64,000 nt of DNA from Acidimicrobiia bacterium (GCA_965216495.1 OZ244163.1:1323361-1387360), one strand, 5' to 3'. Numbered from the stretch's first letter, positions 19,027 to 27,983 are shown. Program-made: numbers and translations. Notes: generated by a model from the letters alone, not told the origin.

Positions 19027-20319
19027 TCACTGAAACGGGTCGAGCACCCTTCCAATAAACAGAATCGCACCGGCGCCGCGGTCCCTGATGAGGTAGATGA
19101 ATGGACGAGTCACTTCGACCGTGGGGCCGTGCGACGCCATCATCGACGAGCCCGACGCGGCAGCAGCGCGCGTGCCGTTTTCGTCGACTTCGATGAACGC
19201 CTCGTGTTCGACGATGTCTATCCAAAGACCTCCGTTGCTCAGCATTCCGGAAAAGTCGGCTGAGGGTCCGAACGCTGACTGCATTCCCAAGCCTTTCAGT
19301 ACCTCATTCATGTTCAGATGAGTCCGGGTGGTCCACTTGGGCAGCGACAGGTGGATGCCTCCCTCGCTGAGGTCTTCGACGATCTGTTCGAGTCGATCCG
19401 CTGTCAGGTCGGACTCGAACTGGACGAAGTCGGTGGGCACGATGACCACCATCGACAGTGCGCCACCGCCGTAGGGAATCTCTACTGCCGAGAAGTCGGT
19501 GCCATGCGCCGACGGAAGGAACTCGTCGTAGTGCATGGTTGGCACGTTGACGGTCGTGCCGTCCAAAAGGGTGAACTCGGAATCTGTCGTGTGATCAGGG
19601 TCGAAGGGAAACTCCCAGGGCGCGTCGAGTGCCACCGCGTTGACCAGAACCATCTCAGTTGCCGGGTCGATTGATCCTGGGGCAAACAGCTCCGGGATGA
19701 GCTGGTTGGTGTTGTCCAGGATCCAGTCGTTGATTCCTTGGCGCGCCTCTTCGGTGTTGGTTGAGAAGTTCGCCTCAGCCAAGGGAGAGCCGTAGACGCC
19801 GGTCAGGATATCGAGATAGGAGGGAAGCAACTCGAGGCCGGGGCTGGTCCACACCTTGTTTGCCGACGTCCATTCTGTGGAACTGCCAACCGTCCTGGCG
19901 TCGAGACTCAGGTCGTACGCGTTGAGCCCTTCGTGCCAATCGGCCGCGGAGGCCTCGTTGTGAAGGACCCTTGCCATTTCATCTGCGGTTTCGCCTCCAG
20001 CTCCGGCATAGACCATCCCGAGTGCGAAGGTAAGGCTGTATGGGCTGATCACCAGGTTCGGGTCGGCTGCATTCTCGATCACTGACGAGTAGATGTCGAC
20101 GGTGAACTGATTGAGACCGGCGATTGCAGCGGCCGTGTTCTGGCCATCGGCACTGGGATCGAGATTGCGCTCGGTTACCGACCCGTATCGCAATTGCAGG
20201 CCCACCTGGACCGGCTGTGCCGGAGTCGCCGTAGGGCCAGGCGCGGGTGCGATCGACGTGGTGGGACCTGGTGTTGTTGACGACGGATCGGTGGTGGCTA
20301 CGCAGGCCGTGATTGTCAA
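19027..20319 (-). CDS. serpin (serine protease inhibitor) family lipoprotein; probable true start ATC at 20359-20361
   Basis: 430 aa with the serpin fold and a C-terminal reactive-centre / hinge region (..GTRAAAASGSSMMASHGP..PFIYLIRDRGAGAILFIGRVLDP). The frame is open upstream to TAA at ~20406-20408, encoding a lipoprotein signal peptide ..ITGKNLTALLSAVALTITAC with no ATG/GTG/TTG before TTG 20319. Confidence 0.7.
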   Translation of the reverse strand: MTITACVATTDPSSTTPGPTTSIAPAPGPTATPAQPVQVGLQLRYGSVTERNLDPSADGQNTAAAIAGLNQFTVDIYSSVIENAADPNLVISPYSLTFALGMVYAGAGGETADEMARVLHNEASAADWHEGLNAYDLSLDARTVGSSTEWTSANKVWTSPGLELLPSYLDILTGVYGSPLAEANFSTNTEEARQGINDWILDNTNQLIPELFAPGSIDPATEMVLVNAVALDAPWEFPFDPDHTTDSEFTLLDGTTVNVPTMHYDEFLPSAHGTDFSAVEIPYGGGALSMVVIVPTDFVQFESDLTADRLEQIVEDLSEGGIHLSLPKWTTRTHLNMNEVLKGLGMQSAFGPSADFSGMLSNGGLWIDIVEHEAFIEVDENGTRAAAASGSSMMASHGPTVEVTRPFIYLIRDRGAGAILFIGRVLDPFQ

Positions 20320-20405
20320 GGCGACTGCCGACAGCAGAGCGGTCAGATTCTTCCCGGTGATTGGACGTTGGCCGAGGCCACAATGGTTCCCCGAAGTTGT
20401 CTCGG

Positions 20406-20825
20406 TTACTGCTTACTGTCGATGAAGGACCTCTTGCGGGTCTCCCTCTCGGTTCGAGCCCGGGAGATGACCTGTGCCGGGTCGAGGTCACCGACTTGTG
20501 GGTCGAAGGCAAATGAAGGTGAGCCCGAACCTGCGGAATAGTGGCGTCCCGCCCGGTCGCGGGTCAAGTATCCGGAGTCAATCAGCTCGCGACGAAGAGT
20601 CACAACGTCGATCGAGATATCGTTTCCCACGTCCCGTTTCCAAGCGTCGAGACGCTCAATGATTTCGGAGTGGCTGTAGATCTCATCAGGACTCATCCAC
20701 AGGACCATGCTTGCCAGGAGAATGTGAAAATCGCGCTGTCGTTTTGGCATTCCGACAGTTCCACCGATACACAAAGCCACCAATCGATTGGCGAACTCTT
20801 CGGCTGTGATCGGGTTCGTGCTCAT
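20406..20825 (-). CDS. DUF2087-like domain protein (hypothetical, possible regulator-associated domain)
   Basis: 139 aa; MPKRQRDFHILL..EIYSHSEIIERL..VVTLRRELIDSGYLTRDRAGRHY resembles the DUF2087 consensus from memory. Confidence 0.4.
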   Translation of the reverse strand: MSTNPITAEEFANRLVALCIGGTVGMPKRQRDFHILLASMVLWMSPDEIYSHSEIIERLDAWKRDVGNDISIDVVTLRRELIDSGYLTRDRAGRHYSAGSGSPSFAFDPQVGDLDPAQVISRARTERETRKRSFIDSKQ

Positions 20826-21163
20826 CTTTCGAGGAGTTGGATTTGGTTTCCGTCAGGGTCGGCAAATGTGATGAATCGGGCTAATCCGGTGTTCGTGATT
20901 TCCGAGTCGGATGGGTGAATCCCGAGACCTTTCAGTCGTGAAATCTCGCTTTCGAGGTCTTCGACTCGGAATGACGGGACGGATGTTGAGGGTCCAGATG
21001 GGCGATCGCCCTCGTGCAAAGCGAACCGCGTGTCGCCGCCAACGTCCATCGTCTGCCACGTTCCGAAACGGGGACCTGGTTCGATGCCTAGTGCTCGATA
21101 GAAAGGCAGCGCTTCTTCGATGCTTGTTACCCAGACGAACACGGTGTCGAGTTGGAGGCTCAT
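20822..21163 (-). CDS. VOC/glyoxalase family protein
   Basis: Start taken at the second Met (MSLQLDTVFVWVTSIEEALPFY..) because the first would abut the divergent ffh start; C-terminal FADPDGNQIQLLE is a glyoxalase-like motif. Confidence 0.6.
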   Translation of the reverse strand: MSLQLDTVFVWVTSIEEALPFYRALGIEPGPRFGTWQTMDVGGDTRFALHEGDRPSGPSTSVPSFRVEDLESEISRLKGLGIHPSDSEITNTGLARFITFADPDGNQIQLLER

Positions 21164-21183
21164 AGGCAATAACCTACTGCTCA

Positions 21184-22518
21184 ATGTTCACCACGCTGAC
21201 GCAGAGATTCGAGAAGGTCTTCTCAACTCTCCGCGGCAAAGGAAAACTCACCGAAAAGGACATCGATGCCTCCTTACGCGAGGTGCGGCTTGCCCTGCTC
21301 GAAGCCGACGTCAATGTGTCTGTCGTCAAGACATTTCTGGCGAGAGTCAAGGAGAGAGCCCTGGGGGAGGACGTCTCCAGTTCCATTTCCCCAGGCCAAC
21401 AGGTCATCAAAATCGTTCACGAGGAACTGGTTGTCACGCTTGGATCGGAGACCGTGGGGCTTGCCAAGACTTCCCCTCCGCTTGTGATACTGATGGTGGG
21501 TCTCCAGGGATCCGGCAAGACCACGACAGCAGGGAAACTAGCGAAGCTTCTGTTGTCGCAGGGCAAGAGACCACTACTGGTGGCTGGCGACCTGCAGAGA
21601 CCTGCGGCGATAGATCAGTTGGAGACTTTGGCCAAGCGGATCGAAGTTCCGGTCGTGATAGATCGCAAGGGCAAAGCGCCCAAGCTGGCCAAGGCCGCGC
21701 TCAGGGAAGCCGCCAATCGCAACCACGATGTGGTGATTATCGACACCGCCGGACGACTACAGATTGACGAATCTTTGATGAGAGAGCTCGCTGGTGTTCG
21801 CAAGGCAGCGAACCCTGATGAAGTCCTGCTGGTGGTCGACGCCATGACCGGTCAGGACGCAGTCAATGTCGCAAATGGGTTTCAAGAGAAGATCGGACTG
21901 ACCGGTGTCGTCTTGTCGAAACTCGACGGCGACGCCCGCGGGGGAGCGGCGATTTCGGTCCGAGAGGTCACTGGCGCTCCCGTCAAGTTCGCTGGTGTAG
22001 GTGAAGGGTTGGGTGACCTCGAAGCGTTCCATCCCGAGCGGATGGCAAGCCGGATTCTCGGAATGGGTGACGTCATGACCTTGATCGAGAAGGCTGAGTC
22101 AGCTTTTGATGCTGAGCAGGCGGAGAAGGCGGCCGTCAAGATGCAAAAGGGGGAGTTCACTCTCGAGGACTTCCTCGAGCAGTTTCAGGCCGTCAAGTCA
22201 ATGGGGCCTCTCCAGGACATCCTTGCTATGCTGCCCGGGTCCGGGTCGCTCCTGCGTGAGGTCGAAGTTGACGATCGAGACCTCAAGCGGGTCGAAGCGG
22301 TCATCCAATCGATGACTCCCGAAGAGCGCCGGACTCCCAAGATCATCGGTGGTAGCCGCAAACGCCGGATCGCGTCGGGTTCGGGCACATCGCCCCAGGA
22401 CGTGAATCGGGTCCTCAAGCAGTTCACCGAAGCACAAAAGATGATGAAGACGTTCGCCGGAGGCAAGGGCTTGCCGTCACTCGATGCCCTTACTGGTGGT
22501 CGACGCCGGAGAAAATGA
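21184..22518 (+). CDS. ffh: signal recognition particle protein Ffh
   Basis: 444 aa; MFTTLTQRF..LREVRLALLEADV N-domain, GTPase G-domain GLQGSGKTTT, M-domain. Confidence 0.95.
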   Translation: MFTTLTQRFEKVFSTLRGKGKLTEKDIDASLREVRLALLEADVNVSVVKTFLARVKERALGEDVSSSISPGQQVIKIVHEELVVTLGSETVGLAKTSPPLVILMVGLQGSGKTTTAGKLAKLLLSQGKRPLLVAGDLQRPAAIDQLETLAKRIEVPVVIDRKGKAPKLAKAALREAANRNHDVVIIDTAGRLQIDESLMRELAGVRKAANPDEVLLVVDAMTGQDAVNVANGFQEKIGLTGVVLSKLDGDARGGAAISVREVTGAPVKFAGVGEGLGDLEAFHPERMASRILGMGDVMTLIEKAESAFDAEQAEKAAVKMQKGEFTLEDFLEQFQAVKSMGPLQDILAMLPGSGSLLREVEVDDRDLKRVEAVIQSMTPEERRTPKIIGGSRKRRIASGSGTSPQDVNRVLKQFTEAQKMMKTFAGGKGLPSLDALTGGRRRRK

Positions 22519-22535
22519 AACTAGAGGTGAAATAG

Positions 22536-22877
22536 ATGGCAGTCAGACTCAGGCTGATGCGGATGGGCAAAAAGAAGCAGCCCGTTTATCGCGTCGTTGC
22601 CATTGACCAGCGTGCGCCGCGTGACGGTCGCTACATAGAACAGATTGGCCGATATGACGCGCGTCAGGAACCGTCGCTCGTCGAGATTGACAATCAGAAG
22701 GCTGCCGACTGGCTCTCGAAGGGGGCGCAGCCGTCCGAGACCGTTGAAAAGCTGCTCAACATTTCCGGAGCGATGGACACCATGAAGATCAAGAGCGGTG
22801 GGATCCACGTGGTTGGGGTCAAGGAAGACGATTCGGCCAGTGACAGCGAAGACGCCGTCGTCGGCGAGGAGGAATGA
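22536..22877 (+). CDS. rpsP: 30S ribosomal protein S16 (acidic C-terminal tail)
   Basis: MAVRLRLMRMGKKKQPVYRVVAIDQRAPRDGRYIEQIG canonical S16. Confidence 0.95.
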   Translation: MAVRLRLMRMGKKKQPVYRVVAIDQRAPRDGRYIEQIGRYDARQEPSLVEIDNQKAADWLSKGAQPSETVEKLLNISGAMDTMKIKSGGIHVVGVKEDDSASDSEDAVVGEEE

Positions 22878-23131
22878 CGGTGGCCAGAGGCGAGATCGTC
22901 GAACGCGTGGTGACCTACGTGGTACAGAGCATTGTCGAAGACCCTGACGCGGTCGAGGTGACCATGGTTGAACAAGGTCCTGATGAGATGGTGGCTGAGG
23001 TCAAGACAGCCAAGCCCGACATGGGCCGAGTCATCGGTCGTCGTGGAAGGGTTGCCAAAGCCATCCGTGCCGCTGCGAGTGCCGCAGGAGAAGAAGAGGG
23101 GATCACGGCCGGAGTCGAGTTCCTCGACTGA
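22874..23131 (+). CDS. KH-domain RNA-binding protein (YlqC family)
   Basis: 85 aa; ..VIGRRGRVAKAIRAAA.. KH type-II motif (GxxG); conserved position between rpsP and rimM. Confidence 0.8.
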   Translation: MTVARGEIVERVVTYVVQSIVEDPDAVEVTMVEQGPDEMVAEVKTAKPDMGRVIGRRGRVAKAIRAAASAAGEEEGITAGVEFLD

Positions 23132-23146
23132 CCTTCTGATGAATCA

Positions 23147-23650
23147 GTGACCAAGGAATCCTCGAGGGAAGATCCTTCTGTCTACCGGCTTGGCCGACTG
23201 GGGAAACCGAACGGTCTCGATGGTTTCGTCGGGTTCTACGTCGACGATGCCGACCTGCGACGCCTCGAAGCAGGGACAGAAGTAACGGTCGATGGTCGCT
23301 CGCTCACCGTTCGTGCCACTCGGCAGGGCAAGAAAGGCCCTCAAATCGCTTTCAACGAAATCTCGAACCGGAGTGCGGCAGAAGATATTCGCGGTGCAGA
23401 GGTCGCGCTCAATGTCCGCCCTGATCTCGATGACGGCGAATACTGGATTGAGGATCTCGTAGGCCTCGCGGTGCGACCTGGTGGGGGAATCATTGTGGAC
23501 ATAGTTCACGGCCCAGCTCAGGATCGGCTCGTAATTGAACGCAATGGGTCGCAGTTCGAGGTGCCTTTTGTCGATGAATGGGTGCCAACGGTCGAGATCG
23601 GGGAAGGCTTCGTCGAACTGGCTGAGTTGGACGGACTGGTCGATCAATAA
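23147..23650 (+). CDS. rimM: ribosome maturation factor RimM
   Basis: 167 aa; RimM N-domain (VYRLGRLGKPNGLDGFVGFYVD) and PRC barrel; syntenic. Confidence 0.85.
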   Translation: MTKESSREDPSVYRLGRLGKPNGLDGFVGFYVDDADLRRLEAGTEVTVDGRSLTVRATRQGKKGPQIAFNEISNRSAAEDIRGAEVALNVRPDLDDGEYWIEDLVGLAVRPGGGIIVDIVHGPAQDRLVIERNGSQFEVPFVDEWVPTVEIGEGFVELAELDGLVDQ

Positions 23651-23667
23651 CCGTTTGGTCCCGTCAC

Positions 23668-24543
23668 TCAAGGGCCGGGTGTATCCGAACCAACCGTCAG
23701 ATTCATTGTGACACCCTCAAGAGATCCGTCTGCAGGGCTCTGGTCTCCCACGAAGACCGAGGACTCGCCCTGGGGAAGCAAGATTTCGGCCCTGAACTCG
23801 CCCCAGGTCTCCAGGTGGTCAGCTGCGGTGGTGAACGTCTGGGCAACGATGCTGTCACCCTGAGTCGCGATTACCTGAACGTTTGCCTCGAACGTCCGCG
23901 CGTAGCCAATGAACTGCACGAATGGATCTACGGCTTGGCCCGAGCTGGGTGAGGCGACCACGACGACGTCGTCGACTGAGGCCTCACCATTGAACTCGAC
24001 CAAACCCGGACGAAGATCTATAGCCACCGCTGCCGGTGATGACTCGACGCGAGCCCTGGCTGCGACGGGGCGGTTCAGGTGAAGATCGACGAATAGGCCT
24101 CCGTCGAGTGCTCGAACAACGTAAAGGCGTTCCACGAGGTCCGTCTCAACGAGTTGGTCCGTTATGACTGTTGATTGCACATCCAGGCGGATGCGGAGAA
24201 CTTGAAACGACTCCAGATGGTCCACGCGCAACGTTGGCACCGTTGTCGCCGGGGCCCCTTCCGCGGTGACGAACTCAAACCTGAAGGTCTCGCATTGGTC
24301 GCTGACCTCCCAAGAGATCTGACCGATAGTTCCAGCATCGGAGGCTGGTTCTGCGGCGGTGGCGATTCCCCCTCCCTCGCCAAAGTCGCCCGCCCCTGGA
24401 CAGTCGACGACAGGCGGCAAGGTGGTGGATGGAGTCGATACGACCGTCCCAGTGGTGGTCTGCGTCGATGCAGCTGGGACGGCCGTCCCCTGACACGATG
24501 CTACGAGGAGGGCCGCAATCGTCATCAGTCGAATGTTCTTCAC
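23668..24543 (-). CDS. secreted lipoprotein with C-terminal Gmad2-like Ig domain (occupies the slot of mycobacterial LppW)
   Basis: 291 aa; lipoprotein signal MKNIRLMTIAALLVASC; Thr/Pro-rich linker; C-terminal FEANVQVIATQGDSIVAQTFTTAADHLETWGEFRAEI resembles Gmad2 immunoglobulin-like domains. Confidence 0.5.
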   Translation of the reverse strand: MKNIRLMTIAALLVASCQGTAVPAASTQTTTGTVVSTPSTTLPPVVDCPGAGDFGEGGGIATAAEPASDAGTIGQISWEVSDQCETFRFEFVTAEGAPATTVPTLRVDHLESFQVLRIRLDVQSTVITDQLVETDLVERLYVVRALDGGLFVDLHLNRPVAARARVESSPAAVAIDLRPGLVEFNGEASVDDVVVVASPSSGQAVDPFVQFIGYARTFEANVQVIATQGDSIVAQTFTTAADHLETWGEFRAEILLPQGESSVFVGDQSPADGSLEGVTMNLTVGSDTPGP

Positions 24544-24604
24544 GGATCAAAGCCTACGGGCGCGGCTAAGTTTGAGCGTTGATTCAAGAAGTGAGGATTT
24601 CGAT

Positions 24605-25768
24605 ATGCCGGAAGCTGTAATTGTCGCCACTGCTCGATCGCCCATAGGGCGCGCATACAAGGGTTCTCTGGTAGAGGTCAGGGGCGATGATCTCGCAGGG
24701 TTCGCCATCAACGCATTGATGGAAAAGGTCCCTGAAGTCGATCGGGCATCCGTGGATGACGTAATGGTTGGATGCGGCCTCACCCACCACGAGCACAGCT
24801 TCAACATGGCTCGCCCGGCGGCTCTCCTCGGCGGGATGCCGGAGTCAGTACCCGCTACGACCGTCAACCGTTACTGCGCCTCCTCACTGCAAACCATCAG
24901 GATGGCGTTTCATGCAATCAAACAGGGCGAGGGCGACACGTATGTGGCGGCGGGCGCCGAAGCAGTCAGCCGAACGTATGGCAAGGGATTCTCTATGGAG
25001 GATCTCAATCCCCGCTTCGTTGATGAAAGCCGAGACGACTTCATCAACAATGTGTACATCCCCATGGGAAACACCGCTGAGAACGTCGCCAAGAAGTACG
25101 GGATCACTAGGGAGCGTCAAGACGAGTTCGGCAAGCGGTCACAGGACCGAGCCGTTGAGGCGCAGAAGAATGGGTTCTACGACTGGGAGATCACGCCGAT
25201 CGATGTACCTGACGGACGAACGATCATTGCCGACGATGGTCCGAGACCAAACACGACAGTCGAGAAATTGGCAACCCTGCCTCCTGTGTTTGACCCAAAT
25301 GGGACGGTGACAGCCGGGAACTCTTGTCCGCTGAACGACGGATCAGCGGCCGTTCTGGTCATGTCCGACGAACGCGCCAAAGAGCTGGAATTGGAACCTC
25401 TGGCTCGAATCGTTGCCTCCTCTGTCGTTGGTTTGGAACCAGAGTTCATGGGTATGGGGCCCGCTCTGGCGGTCCCGAAGGTTTTGGATCAGGCCGGGAT
25501 GACTCTGGGCGACATCGATGTGATCGAGTTGAACGAGGCTTTCGCTGCTCAGGTGTTGGCTTGTGTCGACGAGTTGGGCATCGAAATGGACAAGCTCAAT
25601 CCACACGGCGGAGCCATTGCGCTGGGGCATCCATTCGGTATGACGGGTGCAAGGATCATGGGCACCCTGATAAACGATCTTCGCACCCTGGACAAGACCT
25701 ATGGGCTTGAAACGATGTGCGTCGGTGGGGGTCAAGGCATGGCCATGGTCATCGAGCGTCTCAACTAG
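24605..25768 (+). CDS. acetyl-CoA C-acyltransferase (thiolase II family)
   Basis: Start at ATG 24605 (MPEAVIVATARSPIGRAYKGS) with GAGGAT 6 nt upstream; the catalytic Cys region NRYCASSLQ and C-terminal CVGGGQGMAMVIER are thiolase hallmarks. Confidence 0.9.
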   Translation: MPEAVIVATARSPIGRAYKGSLVEVRGDDLAGFAINALMEKVPEVDRASVDDVMVGCGLTHHEHSFNMARPAALLGGMPESVPATTVNRYCASSLQTIRMAFHAIKQGEGDTYVAAGAEAVSRTYGKGFSMEDLNPRFVDESRDDFINNVYIPMGNTAENVAKKYGITRERQDEFGKRSQDRAVEAQKNGFYDWEITPIDVPDGRTIIADDGPRPNTTVEKLATLPPVFDPNGTVTAGNSCPLNDGSAAVLVMSDERAKELELEPLARIVASSVVGLEPEFMGMGPALAVPKVLDQAGMTLGDIDVIELNEAFAAQVLACVDELGIEMDKLNPHGGAIALGHPFGMTGARIMGTLINDLRTLDKTYGLETMCVGGGQGMAMVIERLN

Positions 25769-25815
25769 AACGCAGCTGCAGCCCGCTACGACCGCAGCTG
25801 CGAGTGTGTCTGGTT

Positions 25816-26034
25816 CTAGTGGTGGTGGTGGTGGTCACACCCGTGGGCCTCGAACTGGTGATGAACCATTTCATGACCGTGGGTGTCATTCCCGTTCTTG
25901 AACGTGGCGAATCGAGCGACCTCGAACAGACCGTTGCATCCGTTCTCGGCGCTAGCGCTTGCCGCTGTAGCCGGGAGGATCGCTCCCATCGCAAACGCCA
26001 TTGCCACCACAATTCGACGAGTCCGTCTCGTCAT
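25816..26034 (-). CDS. small secreted His-rich protein ending CDHHHHH (putative metal-binding peptide)
   Basis: 72 aa: twin-Arg-like signal MTRRTRRIVVAMAFAMGAILPATAASASA, then a 43-aa mature part with 2 Cys and 12 His (..THGHEMVHHQFEAHGCDHHHHH). Strong RBS GGAGAGGGAG precedes the ATG. Confidence 0.5.
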   Translation of the reverse strand: MTRRTRRIVVAMAFAMGAILPATAASASAENGCNGLFEVARFATFKNGNDTHGHEMVHHQFEAHGCDHHHHH

Positions 26035-26044
26035 CTCCCTCTCC

Positions 26045-26056
26045 TTTCGCGCGAAA
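26045..26056. promoter_or_regulatory. perfect 12-bp palindrome TTTCGCGCGAAA abutting the RBS of the His-rich peptide gene (candidate operator)
   Basis: tttcgcgcgaaa equals its own reverse complement; on the minus-strand mRNA it is 5'-tatttcgcgcgaaaGGAGAGGGAGatg. Confidence 0.35.
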
Positions 26057-26128
26057 TATGAGGTACGCCCTTGTCGTGTCCGGATGAGTGCGTCCTGTTA
26101 CGCGGTTTCTGCGTTCTAGCCTCTGCTG

Positions 26129-26812
26129 GTGCGATTCAACGTTATAACGATGTTCCCTGAGTTCTTTGAGGGCCCGTTGCAGACGTCCATCGTTGGTCGT
26201 GCCGTCGACGAAGGACTCATCGAGGTCAACGTCATTGATCTGCGCCAGTACGGAGTCGGCCGGCATCGTCAACTCGACGACGCTCCGTTCGGCGGCGGCG
26301 CCGGAATGGTGATGATGGTCGAGCCTCTCGCCGAAGCGCTTGAGCCGCTCGAGAATTCTCATCGTCTGTTTCTGACTCCCAGCGGGTCGCCAATGACCCA
26401 GGAGACCCTTGATCGGCTGGCGGAAGTTGCCGAGGTGACCCTGGTGTGCGGTCGGTTCGAGGGGGTCGACCAGCGGGTGATCGACAATTTCATCGACGAA
26501 GAACTGAGCCTCGGCGATTATGTGCTGGCCGGGGGCGAGGTTGCCGCGGCGACCGTGATAGAAGGTGTTACCCGTTTGCTTCCTGGTGTCGTCGGCAACC
26601 CCGAGTCCACAGTCACAGAATCGTTCCGAGATGGCCTTCTCGAGGAGCCGGTGTACACCCGTCCGGCCGAGTTCAGGGGCTGGGGCGTCCCGGGGGTGCT
26701 GCTGAGTGGCGACCACGGGCGGATCGCGGCGTGGCGTGCCGATCAACGACGTGAAAGGACCTCGAGGGTGAGGCCTGACCTGCTCGCGAATGGCAAGGAT
26801 TCGGAGACCTGA
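26129..26812 (+). CDS. trmD: tRNA (guanine37-N1)-methyltransferase
   Basis: [17 protein letters not shown].. SPOUT fold; syntenic after rimM. Confidence 0.9.
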   Translation: MRFNVITMFPEFFEGPLQTSIVGRAVDEGLIEVNVIDLRQYGVGRHRQLDDAPFGGGAGMVMMVEPLAEALEPLENSHRLFLTPSGSPMTQETLDRLAEVAEVTLVCGRFEGVDQRVIDNFIDEELSLGDYVLAGGEVAAATVIEGVTRLLPGVVGNPESTVTESFRDGLLEEPVYTRPAEFRGWGVPGVLLSGDHGRIAAWRADQRRERTSRVRPDLLANGKDSET

Positions 26813-26877
26813 TAGAATCCCTTCGACTGGGGCAGCCTCTTCCGGCCCCGAAACTCTTATTCTCCCTAGGAGCCACC

Positions 26878-27222
26878 ATGAACGACCTTCAAGCAGTAGA
26901 AAGCGCGCACGTCCGTGACGATATCCCCGAGTTTCGGGCCGGTGACACGGTAAAGGTGCATGTCCGCGTCGTGGAGGGTGGCCGCGAACGCGTCCAGATC
27001 TTTGAGGGTGTTGTTATTGCCCGTAATGGGTCAGGAGTACGTGCGTCGTTCACTGTTCGCAAGCTCAGTTTCGGTGTTGGCGTCGAGCGTGTTTTCCCAG
27101 TAAACGCTCCCATTATTTCCAAGATCGAGGTTGTCAGACGCGGCGACGTGCGCCGTTCCAAGCTCTACTATCTCCGCGATCGAGTGGGCAAGGCAGCCCG
27201 TATCAAGGAGCTGCGCGACTGA
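26878..27222 (+). CDS. rplS: 50S ribosomal protein L19
   Basis: 114 aa; ..[33 protein letters not shown].. canonical L19. Confidence 0.95.
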   Translation: MNDLQAVESAHVRDDIPEFRAGDTVKVHVRVVEGGRERVQIFEGVVIARNGSGVRASFTVRKLSFGVGVERVFPVNAPIISKIEVVRRGDVRRSKLYYLRDRVGKAARIKELRD

Positions 27223-27362
27223 GCCAACAGCTGCCCGGCCGGCATCTGTCGCCCGACGACCGGCTGGCCGCTGAGTCAGGGGGTAGGGGCCGCAAGGAGG
27301 CTCCCAAGCGTTCGTTCTGGAGTGAGCTTCCCGGCCTGCTTCTGACCGCGCTCGTTATTGCG

Positions 27363-27884
27363 GTGCTCATCAAAACCTTCTTGGTGCAACCTTTCTGGAT
27401 TCCGTCCGAATCGATGGATGACACGATTCAGGTCAATGACCGAGTAATGGTCAACAAACTGGCTTATCGCTTCGGAGAACCTGAACGCGGCGACATCGTT
27501 GTCTTCAGGGATCCGGCATCGCCTGAGATAGAAGAGAACATCCCCGAGGCAGTAATCAGGTCGGTGTTAGAGGCTGTCGGAATCAGAACGCGGGGCCAGG
27601 ACGACTTGATCAAACGGGTTGTGGGCCTACCCGGCGAGACCGTGAGCATTGTCGACAATCGGGTTCTGATTGACGATGTCGAGATCGCAGAGCCTTACCT
27701 CTCTCCGACCGTGATCATGCCTGATTTCGGTCCAGTGGAAGTGCCTGAGGGCCAGGTGTTCGTGATGGGTGATAATCGGCAGGCCAGCTTCGATAGTCGG
27801 AGATTCGGCACAGTCGATCTTGATGCGCTCGTCGGAAGGGCGTTCGTAGTCATCTGGCCGATATCAAACTTCAGCGGCCTCTAG
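27363..27884 (+). CDS. lepB: signal peptidase I; true start probably upstream of 27363 at a non-canonical codon
   Basis: Catalytic Ser box IPSESMDDT and Lys box RVVGLPGETV present. The membrane anchor and box A (..RKEAPKRSFWSELPGLLLTALVIAVLIKTF) are encoded in-frame upstream of GTG 27363, back to TAA 27024-27026, with no ATG/GTG/TTG; CTG at 27231, 27246 and 27264 are the candidates. Confidence 0.8.
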   Translation: MLIKTFLVQPFWIPSESMDDTIQVNDRVMVNKLAYRFGEPERGDIVVFRDPASPEIEENIPEAVIRSVLEAVGIRTRGQDDLIKRVVGLPGETVSIVDNRVLIDDVEIAEPYLSPTVIMPDFGPVEVPEGQVFVMGDNRQASFDSRRFGTVDLDALVGRAFVVIWPISNFSGL

Positions 27885-27983
27885 AAAACGTCAGCCCCGT
27901 CCTGTAGTTCATTAGGAATGGGTCGTACCTAACATCGCGCCGCTGGCCCCATCCAGCTCACCATCTGAGAGGCGGAAAGACAC

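Noticed and set aside
23144-23671. 175-aa antisense ORF fully overlapping rimM with a protein-like (not Arg-rich) composition
   Set aside because: rimM on the opposite strand is unambiguously conserved and syntenic. The antisense frame has no recognisable domain and is best explained by codon-usage mirror effects.
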